NCBI GenBank assembly: GCA_020845875.1
Contig: JADLEY010000009.1
Span: forward strand, 3,907 to 67,906
DNA from: Candidatus Nomurabacteria bacterium
Lineage (GTDB): Bacteria > Patescibacteriota > Minisyncoccia > Phycocordibacterales > UBA9973
DNA: 64,000 nucleotides
Reading direction: 5' to 3'
In this document: positions 55,124-64,000 of the stretch, piece after piece
Layout: each line of letters starts with the position of its first letter
Numbering within the stretch: position 1 is the first letter of the stretch
Position numbers and translations under genes: made by a program
The notes under the pieces: model-generated
Seen by the model: only the letters and a program-made list of their open reading frames with translations
The model's database searches: none
Told to the model about the DNA's origin: nothing

Positions 55124-56128
55124 ATGGAAGACAAAAAATTGACACCCGCATTTTTCTTTCTCTCTATTGGAGTAGTAGCGTCGCTCATCGTTAGTGTGAC
55201 CGCTTTTCTTCGACTCGTTTTTGCGACGCTCGACAAAGTATTCCCCGATGTCCTCTCTGGCATGTATCAGTACGGATACTCTTCGAGTAGCTTCGAACAG
55301 ATGCGTGTCTCGACCGCGATGCTCATAATCGTGGTGCCGGTATTTTTTATACTCTCTCGTCAATGGATGCGTTTGCAGCGGGCAGGACTCTCTCACTGGG
55401 ATTCCGTCCTTCGCAAATGGGTCATCTTGCTCATCCTCTTTGTTGCAAGCGTTGTTGCTGTTGTAGATTTGGTGGTGTTGGTGAGCTACTTTGTTTCGGG
55501 AGAAATCACTGTCCGATTTGTACTGAAGGTACTCGCGACACTCATCGCGGTGGGCATTCCAGGCTGGTACTATGCGCAACTGCTTAGTACAGATAATACT
55601 CGCTGTAAACAGATCGAAAAGTGGGCAGGAATTAAGAGTAGTGTCTTGGTACTCGCTGCGATTGTGTGGGCATTTACGGTGATGGGCTCTCCCTTTGCGC
55701 AGCGTGCGCTTCGTCTCGATCAGCGTCGTATTGAAGATCTCCAGTCAATTCAGTGGCAGATTGTGAACTACTGGCAGCAGCGAGAGAGGCTTCCCGAATC
55801 GTTTGGTGATATGGCTGATCCTCTCTCTGGCGTATCGCTTGCACGTGATCCAGAATTTCAAAAAGGGAAGGAGTATGAATACAAAAAGACTGGTGATATG
55901 TCATTTGAGCTCTGCGCGACATTTGCAGAGCCGCTACCTGAAGGATGGGTAGAGTATGGCAACAAGGGCGGTTATGGGGGCGAAGTGATGCCGATGCGTG
56001 ATAGTGCGGTATCCAGCGCACCTTACTACGGCAATGCAGATAGCTGGGATCATAAGGCAGGTCGTACCTGCTTTGCCCGCACTATTGATCCCGAACTCTA
56101 CCCTCCATACCCAAAACCAGAGCGATAG
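55124..56128 (+). CDS. Hypothetical integral membrane protein with an extracytoplasmic C-terminal domain
   Basis: ~5 TM helices, then a soluble domain. Confidence 0.4.
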   Translation: MEDKKLTPAFFFLSIGVVASLIVSVTAFLRLVFATLDKVFPDVLSGMYQYGYSSSSFEQMRVSTAMLIIVVPVFFILSRQWMRLQRAGLSHWDSVLRKWVILLILFVASVVAVVDLVVLVSYFVSGEITVRFVLKVLATLIAVGIPGWYYAQLLSTDNTRCKQIEKWAGIKSSVLVLAAIVWAFTVMGSPFAQRALRLDQRRIEDLQSIQWQIVNYWQQRERLPESFGDMADPLSGVSLARDPEFQKGKEYEYKKTGDMSFELCATFAEPLPEGWVEYGNKGGYGGEVMPMRDSAVSSAPYYGNADSWDHKAGRTCFARTIDPELYPPYPKPER

Positions 56129-56307
56129 AAGAAGTTAAATCATACAATGTGTTGCATTGTATGACTTTTCTTTTTAAATGGTACACTGATTTCGAAATTC
56201 CTTATTTATGTATGCCGCATCATTTTTCACGTATTGGTGGAATAGTTCAAAACGATAAACTATCAGCCCCTTTTCAAGGGGGCTTTTTTATGGAAAAATC
56301 GTAGGAC

Positions 56308-58602
56308 ATGGAAGGATATAATCATCGCGAGATTGAAGAGAAATGGCAGGAGAAATGGGCGCTTGACGGCATATACAAAGTGCCTGATACAGAAGCTGGA
56401 AAAAATAATTTCTACCAGCTCGTTGAGTTTAGTTATCCCTCTGGTAATCTGCACACTGGACACTGGTACGCCTTTGCAGTACCGGATATCTTCGCGCGAT
56501 ACAAACGCATGCAGGGTTTAAATGTGTTGTACCCGATGGGCTTTGATGCATTTGGCTTGCCGGCAGAAAATGCAGCAATAAAAAATGGCGGAGACCCAGC
56601 AGAGTGGACAGAGAGACAGATGGAAGCAATGCGCACCCAGCTGCGCAGTATGGGAGCGAGTTTTGATTGGTCGCGTGAAGTCGTCACATGTGCGCCGGAA
56701 TACTACAAATGGACACAGTGGATGTTCAACCAATTTTTGAAAAACGATTTGGTATATCGTGATATTACGATGGTAAACTGGTGTCCGAAAGATCAGACTA
56801 TCTTAGCAAACGAGCAAGTGGTAGACGGCAAGTGCGAGCGGTGTGGGACAGAAGTAGTCCAAAGCGAACAGCAGCAATGGATGCTTCGCATCACAAAATA
56901 CGCAGACCGCCTTGTTGATGATTTGGATAAACTCGATTGGCCAGAGGAAATAAAATCTGCACAGCGAAATTGGATAGGGAGAAGCGAGGGAAGTGAGATT
57001 ACCTTTAAACTTTCAACCGACGATACTGTTTCGGTATTTACTACTCGTGCTGACACCCTATTTGGGGTCACCTATATTGTGTTTGCTCCTGAGCATCCGC
57101 TCCTTGAGATACTTCCTATAGAAAATAGAGATGAAGTGAATGCATATGTTGTTGCGACCAAGAAGAAGCAAGAACTCGAACGTCAGCAGTCCAAAGAGAA
57201 GACAGGTGTGCAGTTGAAAGGTATTACAGCTATTAATCCAGCAAATGGTGAAGAAGTGCCGGTCTGGATTGCCGACTATGTGCTGTCTGGGTATGGCACA
57301 GGCGCAGTGATGGGTGTACCACAACATGACGAGCGAGATAGGGAATTTGCGGAGAAAATGGGACTTGCGATTGTTGATAGACCTCTTGTAGATAAAAAAG
57401 AAATTACAGAAAAAGTTGGCGGGAAATTGGTGAAGACATATCGTCTGCGCGATTGGGGAATTAGCCGGCAGCGGTATTGGGGCTGTCCGATACCGATTGT
57501 GTATGACCCAGAGGGCAAAGCGCACGCGGTGCCTGACGAACATTTGCCATGGCTTCTCCCGACTGACGTCGACCACACTCCAGACGGCACCGCGCCGCTT
57601 GCCAGAAGCAAGGAGCTTTTGGAGCGAACAGAGAAAATTTTTGGTGCGGGTTGGAGACCAGAAGTAGAGACGATGGATACATTTGTGGATTCGTCATGGT
57701 ATTTCTATCGCTATCTTGATAATAAAAACGAGGCAACATTCGCATCTCCAGAAAAGATGGACACATGGATGCCGGTGGATTTGTATATGGGTGGGGCAGA
57801 GCATACGACTATGCACTTGTTGTATTCGCGATTTTGGACCAAAGCATTGCATGACCTTGGGCTTGTAAAAGACAGTGAAGCATACAAAGTACGACGTAAC
57901 AGAGGTCTTATTCTCGGTCCTGACGGTAATAAGATGAGTAAATCGAAAGGGAATGTCATCAATCCGGATGAGTATGTCGAGAGGCTCGGCGCAGATACGG
58001 TGCGCATGTATCTTGCATTCATGGGGCCGTATGGTGTGACAGTGAATTATCCGTGGGACCCGAATGGCGTCGTCGGGGTGCGCCGCTTCTTGGAACGCGT
58101 GTGGAAACTGAAGGCGAAAATAGATGTCGAAAAGAAAGTCTGCAAAACGGATCCGCTCGTACATAAGACGATAAAAGGTGTCGGTGAGGATATCGATGAG
58201 TTCAAGTTCAACACCGCAATTGCAAAAATGATGATACTGCTCAATGCGCTTGAAAAGGAAGAGAAGATAGTACTTGGTTCGTACAAAGCACTACTGAAAC
58301 TCCTTTCTCCGTTTGCTCCGCATATAGCTGAAGAGCTTTGGCATGAACTCGACGAAACAGAGAGTATCCATTTGGCATCGTGGCCCACATACAATACGGA
58401 TTTCCTTATCGAAGAAACTGTGACACTTGCGGTACAAGTTAATGGCAAGGTGCGTGGAGAGATTACTATCGCTCCCGATATCGCGAAGGAAGACATCGAG
58501 GCTGCAGCGCTTGCACTTCCGCGGGTCATTGCCATTGTTGCAGGAGGGCAGCCAAAAAAGATCATCGTTGTTCCAAAAAAAGTAGTCAATATTGTCTTCT
58601 AG
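56308..58602 (+). CDS. leuS: Leucyl-tRNA synthetase
   Basis: HTGHWYAF (HIGH) and KMSKSKGN motifs. Confidence 0.95.
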   Translation: MEGYNHREIEEKWQEKWALDGIYKVPDTEAGKNNFYQLVEFSYPSGNLHTGHWYAFAVPDIFARYKRMQGLNVLYPMGFDAFGLPAENAAIKNGGDPAEWTERQMEAMRTQLRSMGASFDWSREVVTCAPEYYKWTQWMFNQFLKNDLVYRDITMVNWCPKDQTILANEQVVDGKCERCGTEVVQSEQQQWMLRITKYADRLVDDLDKLDWPEEIKSAQRNWIGRSEGSEITFKLSTDDTVSVFTTRADTLFGVTYIVFAPEHPLLEILPIENRDEVNAYVVATKKKQELERQQSKEKTGVQLKGITAINPANGEEVPVWIADYVLSGYGTGAVMGVPQHDERDREFAEKMGLAIVDRPLVDKKEITEKVGGKLVKTYRLRDWGISRQRYWGCPIPIVYDPEGKAHAVPDEHLPWLLPTDVDHTPDGTAPLARSKELLERTEKIFGAGWRPEVETMDTFVDSSWYFYRYLDNKNEATFASPEKMDTWMPVDLYMGGAEHTTMHLLYSRFWTKALHDLGLVKDSEAYKVRRNRGLILGPDGNKMSKSKGNVINPDEYVERLGADTVRMYLAFMGPYGVTVNYPWDPNGVVGVRRFLERVWKLKAKIDVEKKVCKTDPLVHKTIKGVGEDIDEFKFNTAIAKMMILLNALEKEEKIVLGSYKALLKLLSPFAPHIAEELWHELDETESIHLASWPTYNTDFLIEETVTLAVQVNGKVRGEITIAPDIAKEDIEAAALALPRVIAIVAGGQPKKIIVVPKKVVNIVF

Positions 58603-58620
58603 AAATACACAGCCCTTTGG

Positions 58621-61005
58621 TTGTGCGATTTTCAAAAACAGGAGTATACTGAAGGGCGTATGTATCACAGTATTTCTGCGCGTCTAAACGCGATTTCGTT
58701 TACTCTTATTACCTTCCTTTGTGCACTTCTTCCACTGTTCATCTTACCTGCCTCTCTTGGGGGTGTAGGGGCAGTAAAGGGGGTGGTTCTCTATACAGGA
58801 GTACTATTGTCGTTTTCTTTGTGGATTGTCTCGCAGTTTATCAACGGCAATCTCAAGTTACTCAAAAATTGGATTTTTGTCTTTTTGGGAGGCGTGGCCG
58901 TTTTTTCATTGGTGAGCGCTATCGCTTCTGGAAATACTACACTTGCACTGTGGGGAAGAGGATTTTCACTCGACTCTTTTTCTTCTATTGCGATTTTGAG
59001 TTTGTTTGCATTTCTCGTTGCCGTCTTTTCTTCCGAACAGCACTACCTCATTAGACTCTTTCTTGCTGCATTTATCGGTTCGGTATTGACGGTACTGACA
59101 CAGGTTCTCCTCTTTGCTTTCAAAGGAACGCCGTTGGTCTTGTCTCATTTTTCTCATGTAGCATCTCAAGGTACGCTTGTTGGTTCGTGGGTTGATTTTT
59201 CTCATTTTGTCACCTTCACCTTTGTGTTATCGGTTCTTATGTTCGAAGTGCTCATGCCTCGTGGATTTTTCCGCTGGCTTTCACTCTTTTCTGCAGTACT
59301 TGCGCTTGCAGTACTTGCGTTTCTCAATTTTAAGGTAGCATGGATCATTACTGTTGTTTCTGCACTCATTGTGTTTGTCTATAAGATTTCGGTCGAACGC
59401 TCTATTTTCAGACTTTTCTCCAAGAAAGAAGATCGAGACGAATCTTTTTCGGTGGATGATGGCGCTCGTGCGCCGCGCTTCCCATTTCTCTCCTTTGCAA
59501 GTCTCCTTGTCGGACTATTCTTTCTTCTTTCAAGTGCGACTGGAGCTCGTCTTGCACAAATGGCACAGCTCAACTTTGCTGATATCCGTCCTTCTTTTGC
59601 TTCTACCATGCATGTTGCTCGTGCGACACTTTCTCACAATCCTATATTTGGGGCGGGAGCAGGACGGTTTGCAGATCAGTGGAACCTTTATCACACCACG
59701 GATGTAAATCGCACACTTTTTTGGAATACCTCCTTTGATATGGGATTTAGTTGGCTGACAACAATCATTACGACGAATGGTGTCGTTGTTAGTCTTCTCT
59801 TTCTATTGGTGCTTATTACTGCAATTATCCACGGTTTCAAACTCTTCAACTACCAATATCCCGATCAATTCAGCCGCTTTATTGCAGTCACCGCACTCAT
59901 TGTTTTGATTGCGTTTACTGTGTTGATCGCACTCTCTTCTCCTGGAATGGTCTTGGTCGCGTATGGTTTTATGTACCTTGGATTTTTGATGGGAGTGTCA
60001 GCGCTTGTCGGTAAAACGAAGTATGCGACGTTTGATTATCTCAATGACCCGCGTTCATCATTTTTTGCTATCCTTGTATTGGTACTCGCTGCAATGGTGG
60101 GATTCTCTTCTATTTACTTCACCATCAATCGATTTACTGGAATTGTTTCGTATCAAAAGGCGATTGCTGCAACCGATTTTGCGAGCGCAGAAGGATTTAT
60201 CAACAAGGCCATCGCGCGTTCGGACAACGATCTCTTCTGGCGCATGCGCGCAGCATTGTATGCAAAGCAGTTTACCGCTGAGGCAGCAAAGACAACTCCT
60301 GATAAAGCTCAGATGCAGATTTATTTTACTCAAGTGGAGCAGAGTGCTCAGTCAGCAGTAGCGTGGAGTCGTGCAAGTGCAGGGAATTGGCTCGCGCTCA
60401 GTCAGATCTATCGTCTCGTTGCTTCGGGGAATAGTGATGAAGCATATAACAATGCAAAGACAGCAGCAGAAGAGGCGCAAAAGCGTAATCCAAACAACCC
60501 TGCATTTATTCTCAATCAGGCACAGGTAGCGCTCTCGCACCAAGATGTCACTGGGGCAAATACGTTTATCGACAAAGCGCTCGCTCTCAAGGCAGATTAT
60601 CTCGATGCCTTCTTGCTCCGTGCTCAAATCAAAGGTGCGCAAGGTGACAATCAAGGCGTACGCACCGAATTGCAAAAGTATATTGCAGTAGCACCATTTG
60701 ACCCTCAGGGATATGTTCTCTTTGGTAACGCAGAGCTGGAAATGAAAAATTATCAATCAGCACTCGATGCTTTTGCACGAGCACGCTCGCTTGCTACAGA
60801 TCCTTCAATTGATGTTGCGTATATCAATACACTCCTTCTCTTGGGACGCAAAAGTGATGCAGTGACAGAATTGCAATTACTCAAGGAGAAGTACCCTCAG
60901 ATTACTGGTATTGATGAGCTCGTCGAACGTACCAAAAATGGTACATCTGGAGCGGCAACATCAGAAGGCACTACTCCTGTTGCTGAAGAAAACAAGGAAG
61001 AATAG
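58621..61005 (+). CDS. O-antigen-ligase/Wzy_C-like polytopic membrane protein with C-terminal TPR repeats
   Basis: ≥10 TM helices, then ~250 aa of TPR-like helical repeats. Confidence 0.45.
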   Translation: MCDFQKQEYTEGRMYHSISARLNAISFTLITFLCALLPLFILPASLGGVGAVKGVVLYTGVLLSFSLWIVSQFINGNLKLLKNWIFVFLGGVAVFSLVSAIASGNTTLALWGRGFSLDSFSSIAILSLFAFLVAVFSSEQHYLIRLFLAAFIGSVLTVLTQVLLFAFKGTPLVLSHFSHVASQGTLVGSWVDFSHFVTFTFVLSVLMFEVLMPRGFFRWLSLFSAVLALAVLAFLNFKVAWIITVVSALIVFVYKISVERSIFRLFSKKEDRDESFSVDDGARAPRFPFLSFASLLVGLFFLLSSATGARLAQMAQLNFADIRPSFASTMHVARATLSHNPIFGAGAGRFADQWNLYHTTDVNRTLFWNTSFDMGFSWLTTIITTNGVVVSLLFLLVLITAIIHGFKLFNYQYPDQFSRFIAVTALIVLIAFTVLIALSSPGMVLVAYGFMYLGFLMGVSALVGKTKYATFDYLNDPRSSFFAILVLVLAAMVGFSSIYFTINRFTGIVSYQKAIAATDFASAEGFINKAIARSDNDLFWRMRAALYAKQFTAEAAKTTPDKAQMQIYFTQVEQSAQSAVAWSRASAGNWLALSQIYRLVASGNSDEAYNNAKTAAEEAQKRNPNNPAFILNQAQVALSHQDVTGANTFIDKALALKADYLDAFLLRAQIKGAQGDNQGVRTELQKYIAVAPFDPQGYVLFGNAELEMKNYQSALDAFARARSLATDPSIDVAYINTLLLLGRKSDAVTELQLLKEKYPQITGIDELVERTKNGTSGAATSEGTTPVAEENKEE

Positions 61006-61031
61006 GAGTTCTGAAAGGAAGGGAAAGCGCG

Positions 61032-62732
61032 ATGGTCTCACGATTACTTAAGTTGTTTAGCAGGGATGTAGTGTCGATGAATCAGGCGGCGCTGGTCCTT
61101 GCGGTATTCTCGGTGTTGTCGCAGGTCTTTGGGTTGGTACGCGACCGGCTTTTGGCTAGCACGATCGGTCCAGGGGCGGTCCTTGATGTATACTATGCTG
61201 CGTTTCGTATTCCTGATTTCCTTTACAATTCGTTTGGGGTACTCTTTTCTGTCACTGTTCTCATCCCTTTTATTGCTCGTTTTGCTCAGGAAGAGAAAGA
61301 AGGGAAGGATGGAAGGTTGCGGTACTTTCTCGATAATGTCACTACTGTCTATATCTGGGGAATGGGAGCACTTTGTGTGGGAGTAGCGCTTCTTATGCCA
61401 TGGCTCACGCATCTGACAGCCCCAGGATTTTCTGCAGAGCAGCAGCATACCCTGGTCGTTTTCTCTCGGTTGATGCTCATCTCTCCCTTCCTCTTCGGTC
61501 TTTCAAGCCTTCTTTCTTCATTTGCGCAGGTGAAAAAGAAATTTTTTGCTTATGCAATTGCTCCATTATTTTATAACGCCGGTATTTTGACAGGTGTACT
61601 ACTCTTTCTTCCACATTGGGGGATGCTTGGCGTTGTGATGGGGGTCATCCTTGGGGCAGGATTGTATTTTGTTGTACAACTTCCGCCGCTTATCGTCCTG
61701 CAGAAGATTCCGCGACTCGTATCGCAGGTCGATTGGCGTCTTATCAAAGAAGTAATAGCGCTCTCACTTCCACGAACACTTGGTTCATCGCTCACCAATA
61801 TCACCTTTATCCTTATTGCTGCGATCGCTTCACTCTTGGCGACAGGGTCTATTTCTGTCTTTCAACTCGCCTACAATATAGAAAATAGCCCACTTCTCAT
61901 CTTTGGTATTTCTTATGCTGTCGCTGCATTTCCTGCTATGGCGAGATCATTTTCAGAAGGGAGAAACGACGAAGTACTCCGCGTGCTTTATCGTACGACA
62001 AGAAATATCTTTTTCTTCACTGTCCCTATTGCGTTTTTGATGATTGTGTTACGAGCACATGTGGTACGGGTACTTCTCGGGGCAGGCGCCTTTTCGTGGA
62101 ACGATACGCGTCTGGTTGCTGCATCGGTTGCGCTCTTTTGCCTTTCGGTGACAGCCCAGAGCATGGTGCTGCTTTTGGTGCGTGGATTTTTTGCTACTGG
62201 AGATACGTGGACACCATTGAAGATCAATCTCTGGGCAGTTGCAGGGACTGGGGCTGCCGCTCTGGGACTTGTCTATGGATATCATCATGTCGTTGCGCTC
62301 CGCTATTTCCTCGATAGTCTCTTGCGTCTTGACGGTGTTGAAGGGGGCAGTGTGGTATTGCTCGCACTCGCATTTTCTATCGGGCAGACATGGAATGCCC
62401 TCGCGCTTTGGAAGAAGCTGCATACACGTATAGTGGTAGTACAACCGCAGGCCGCAACTCTTGCGCGCACGCTTTCACATATGATCGCTGCAGGGATTAT
62501 TGCTGCGGGCGCAGGATACTGTACGCTGCTAGGTATCGGGACGAGTGTGGATCAAACTAGATTTTGGGGTATTTTCTCTCAGGCAGCAGTAGCAACAGTT
62601 GTTGGTTTTGGCGTCTACGGTGGCATACTTTGGCTACTGGGCAACGAAGACATCCGTCTCTTTCTCGGCACACTCAAGAGTAGATTCTGGAAAGAGAAGC
62701 CACCATTGGTGCAGGGGCAGCAGGAGCTGTAA
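61032..62732 (+). CDS. murJ: Lipid II flippase MurJ/MviN
   Basis: 14-TM MOP-superfamily topology and N-terminal signature (…LGLVRDRLLASTIGPGAVLDVYYAAFRIPDFLYN…). Confidence 0.85.
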   Translation: MVSRLLKLFSRDVVSMNQAALVLAVFSVLSQVFGLVRDRLLASTIGPGAVLDVYYAAFRIPDFLYNSFGVLFSVTVLIPFIARFAQEEKEGKDGRLRYFLDNVTTVYIWGMGALCVGVALLMPWLTHLTAPGFSAEQQHTLVVFSRLMLISPFLFGLSSLLSSFAQVKKKFFAYAIAPLFYNAGILTGVLLFLPHWGMLGVVMGVILGAGLYFVVQLPPLIVLQKIPRLVSQVDWRLIKEVIALSLPRTLGSSLTNITFILIAAIASLLATGSISVFQLAYNIENSPLLIFGISYAVAAFPAMARSFSEGRNDEVLRVLYRTTRNIFFFTVPIAFLMIVLRAHVVRVLLGAGAFSWNDTRLVAASVALFCLSVTAQSMVLLLVRGFFATGDTWTPLKINLWAVAGTGAAALGLVYGYHHVVALRYFLDSLLRLDGVEGGSVVLLALAFSIGQTWNALALWKKLHTRIVVVQPQAATLARTLSHMIAAGIIAAGAGYCTLLGIGTSVDQTRFWGIFSQAAVATVVGFGVYGGILWLLGNEDIRLFLGTLKSRFWKEKPPLVQGQQEL

Positions 62733-62887
62733 GGAGAATTGACATAGTTATATATAGATGCTATAAAGAGAAATAATCATTTTGTTCATCAAAAATTTTA
62801 TAGATATGAGAAATACTTTTCCAATGAAGGCAACGTTTCTTCTTATAGCCCTGTCGGGTGCAACTATTTCTTCGATAGTCATCGATA

Positions 62888-63238
62888 ATGATTATTTCCG
62901 GAATACAAATATTAATATCAGATGGATGGCTATTGTTTCTATTGTTGTTCGCTTTACTTATTGGGGCAATACAAATGTATAAATGGGAAGTAAGGATGGG
63001 CACCCCTCTTACCATTAAAGATATTGTGCCTTTAAAGACATTTCACTTACGGTACGTAGGACTGGCAGATGAAAATCATATTTATCTCGTCACCTATGCA
63101 GAGAAGAAATATTTCTATCAATCTTCCAGTGATAAACGCCTTAAAGACGGCACCTTCTACAAAAACGAAGAAGGGAATCTCGTCTTTGTTGACGAAAATA
63201 AAATCTTTTTTGAAGAAAATTGGGTACTTGTTGGCTAG
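62888..63238 (+). CDS. Hypothetical membrane-anchored protein in an AT-rich segment
   Basis: ORF only; N-terminal TM. Confidence 0.3.
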   Translation: MIISGIQILISDGWLLFLLLFALLIGAIQMYKWEVRMGTPLTIKDIVPLKTFHLRYVGLADENHIYLVTYAEKKYFYQSSSDKRLKDGTFYKNEEGNLVFVDENKIFFEENWVLVG

Positions 63239-63309
63239 GAAAATGCACTCTCTTTTCGCCCCCCTGCTACATGCAAGGGTGTTTGTTTTATGATATATTC
63301 CCACAAGGT

Positions 63310-64000
63310 ATGGACGCCAAACTCATTCGCAACTTTTCTATCATTGCCCATATTGACCACGGCAAAAGCACGCTTTCTGACCGTATGCTGGAGGTGACAG
63401 GCACTATCGAGGCACGTAAGATGCGCGATCAGGTGCTCGATAGTATGGAGTTGGAAAAAGAGCGTGGTATCACTATCAAGATGACGCCGGTACGAATGCA
63501 GTATCGCGGCTACCAGCTCAATCTTATCGATACTCCGGGACATATTGACTTCTCCTACGAAGTCTCTCGCGCACTCAAAGCAGTTGAGGGGTCGCTTCTC
63601 CTTGTAGATGCGACTCAGGGTGTACAGGCGCAGACGCTCACGACACTCACTATGGCGCGTGAATCGGGACTCGTCATCATTCCCGTCATCACCAAGATAG
63701 ATGCGCATCATGCGCGCGTAGACGAGACGAAGCTAGAGCTGTGTGAGCTGCTTGATTGTGATGAACGGGATATTCTTGCTGTTTCGGGGAAGACCGGAGA
63801 AGGAGTAGAAACACTCCTTGCGCACATCATCGAGAAAGTACCTCCACCAAAAGAAGTGTCAGAAAAAGCGCCGCAGGCACTGGTCTTTGACTTTTCATAC
63901 TCCAATCACAAGGGTGTTATTGTATATGTACGACTCTTTTCTGGGTCCCTAGAAAAGGGAGATACCCTCGCTTTTTCGGCTTCTGGAAAACAATTTCAGG
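63310..64000 (+). CDS. lepA: Elongation factor 4 (LepA), 3'-partial
   Basis: IRNFSIIAHIDHGKSTLSDR G1 motif; DTPGH; continues beyond the window. Confidence 0.9.
   Translation, partial: MDAKLIRNFSIIAHIDHGKSTLSDRMLEVTGTIEARKMRDQVLDSMELEKERGITIKMTPVRMQYRGYQLNLIDTPGHIDFSYEVSRALKAVEGSLLLVDATQGVQAQTLTTLTMARESGLVIIPVITKIDAHHARVDETKLELCELLDCDERDILAVSGKTGEGVETLLAHIIEKVPPPKEVSEKAPQALVFDFSYSNHKGVIVYVRLFSGSLEKGDTLAFSASGKQFQ

Overview
This 64-kb window is a compact, gene-dense chromosomal segment from a bacterium with a small, streamlined genome. The streamlining is inferred from a short RF2 with no programmed frameshift, a UvrC without its C-terminal HhH domain, HhH-GPD glycosylases without Fe-S cysteines, a sigma-70 with a histone-H1-like Lys-rich N-terminus, few Shine-Dalgarno sites and many small membrane proteins. 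These traits fit a CPR/Patescibacteria-like organism that uses the standard genetic code. Most of the window is housekeeping: prfB, ftsEX, rnj, rnr, rpsP, trmD, rpoB-rpoC, dnaG-rpoD, tsf-rpsB, proS, mreBC, tgt, uvrB, dut, uvrA, nth, uvrC, ddl, leuS, murJ and lepA. It also carries three tRNAs (Thr-CGT, Gln-CTG, Thr-TGT) and two paralogous repeat-rich surface proteins with a C-terminal S74 self-cleaving chaperone domain (SDERLK).

The standout feature is a ~4.2-kb island (about 48150-52370) inserted between nth and uvrC, inside a uvrA-nth/uvrC DNA-repair neighbourhood. It contains a ~440-aa TnpB/Cas12f-like RuvC nuclease that is collinear with IS200/605 TnpB through RuvC-I, RuvC-II and RuvC-III but has the zinc-finger module deleted. 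After a strong terminator comes a Cas1 with the catalytic E/H/D residues intact but no N-terminal beta-sandwich domain. Next is a 4-repeat, 3-spacer CRISPR array of 39-bp repeats. Its degenerate terminal repeat abuts cas1, and its leader and promoter lie on the uvrC side, so the array appears to be transcribed antisense to the cas genes. Upstream of the nuclease sits a winged-HTH::Cas2-like fusion gene flanked by two copies of a 36-bp palindrome. Three small minus-strand genes each have a private promoter and terminator. Four direct copies of one promoter core (TATGATTCGTCAAGA, reverse complement TTGACGAATCATA-N16/17-TATNAT) are distributed through the island. The fourth copy drives the CRISPR leader and overlaps the uvrC start codon; the first preserves a 6-codon remnant of the uvrC start. 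This pattern points to modular growth of the island at the uvrC 5' end.

Other second-look regions are a 670-bp hairpin-rich intergenic region beside tRNA-Thr(TGT), a promoter-to-terminator ~170-nt unit between rpoC and dnaG, and a structured rpsB-tsf spacer.
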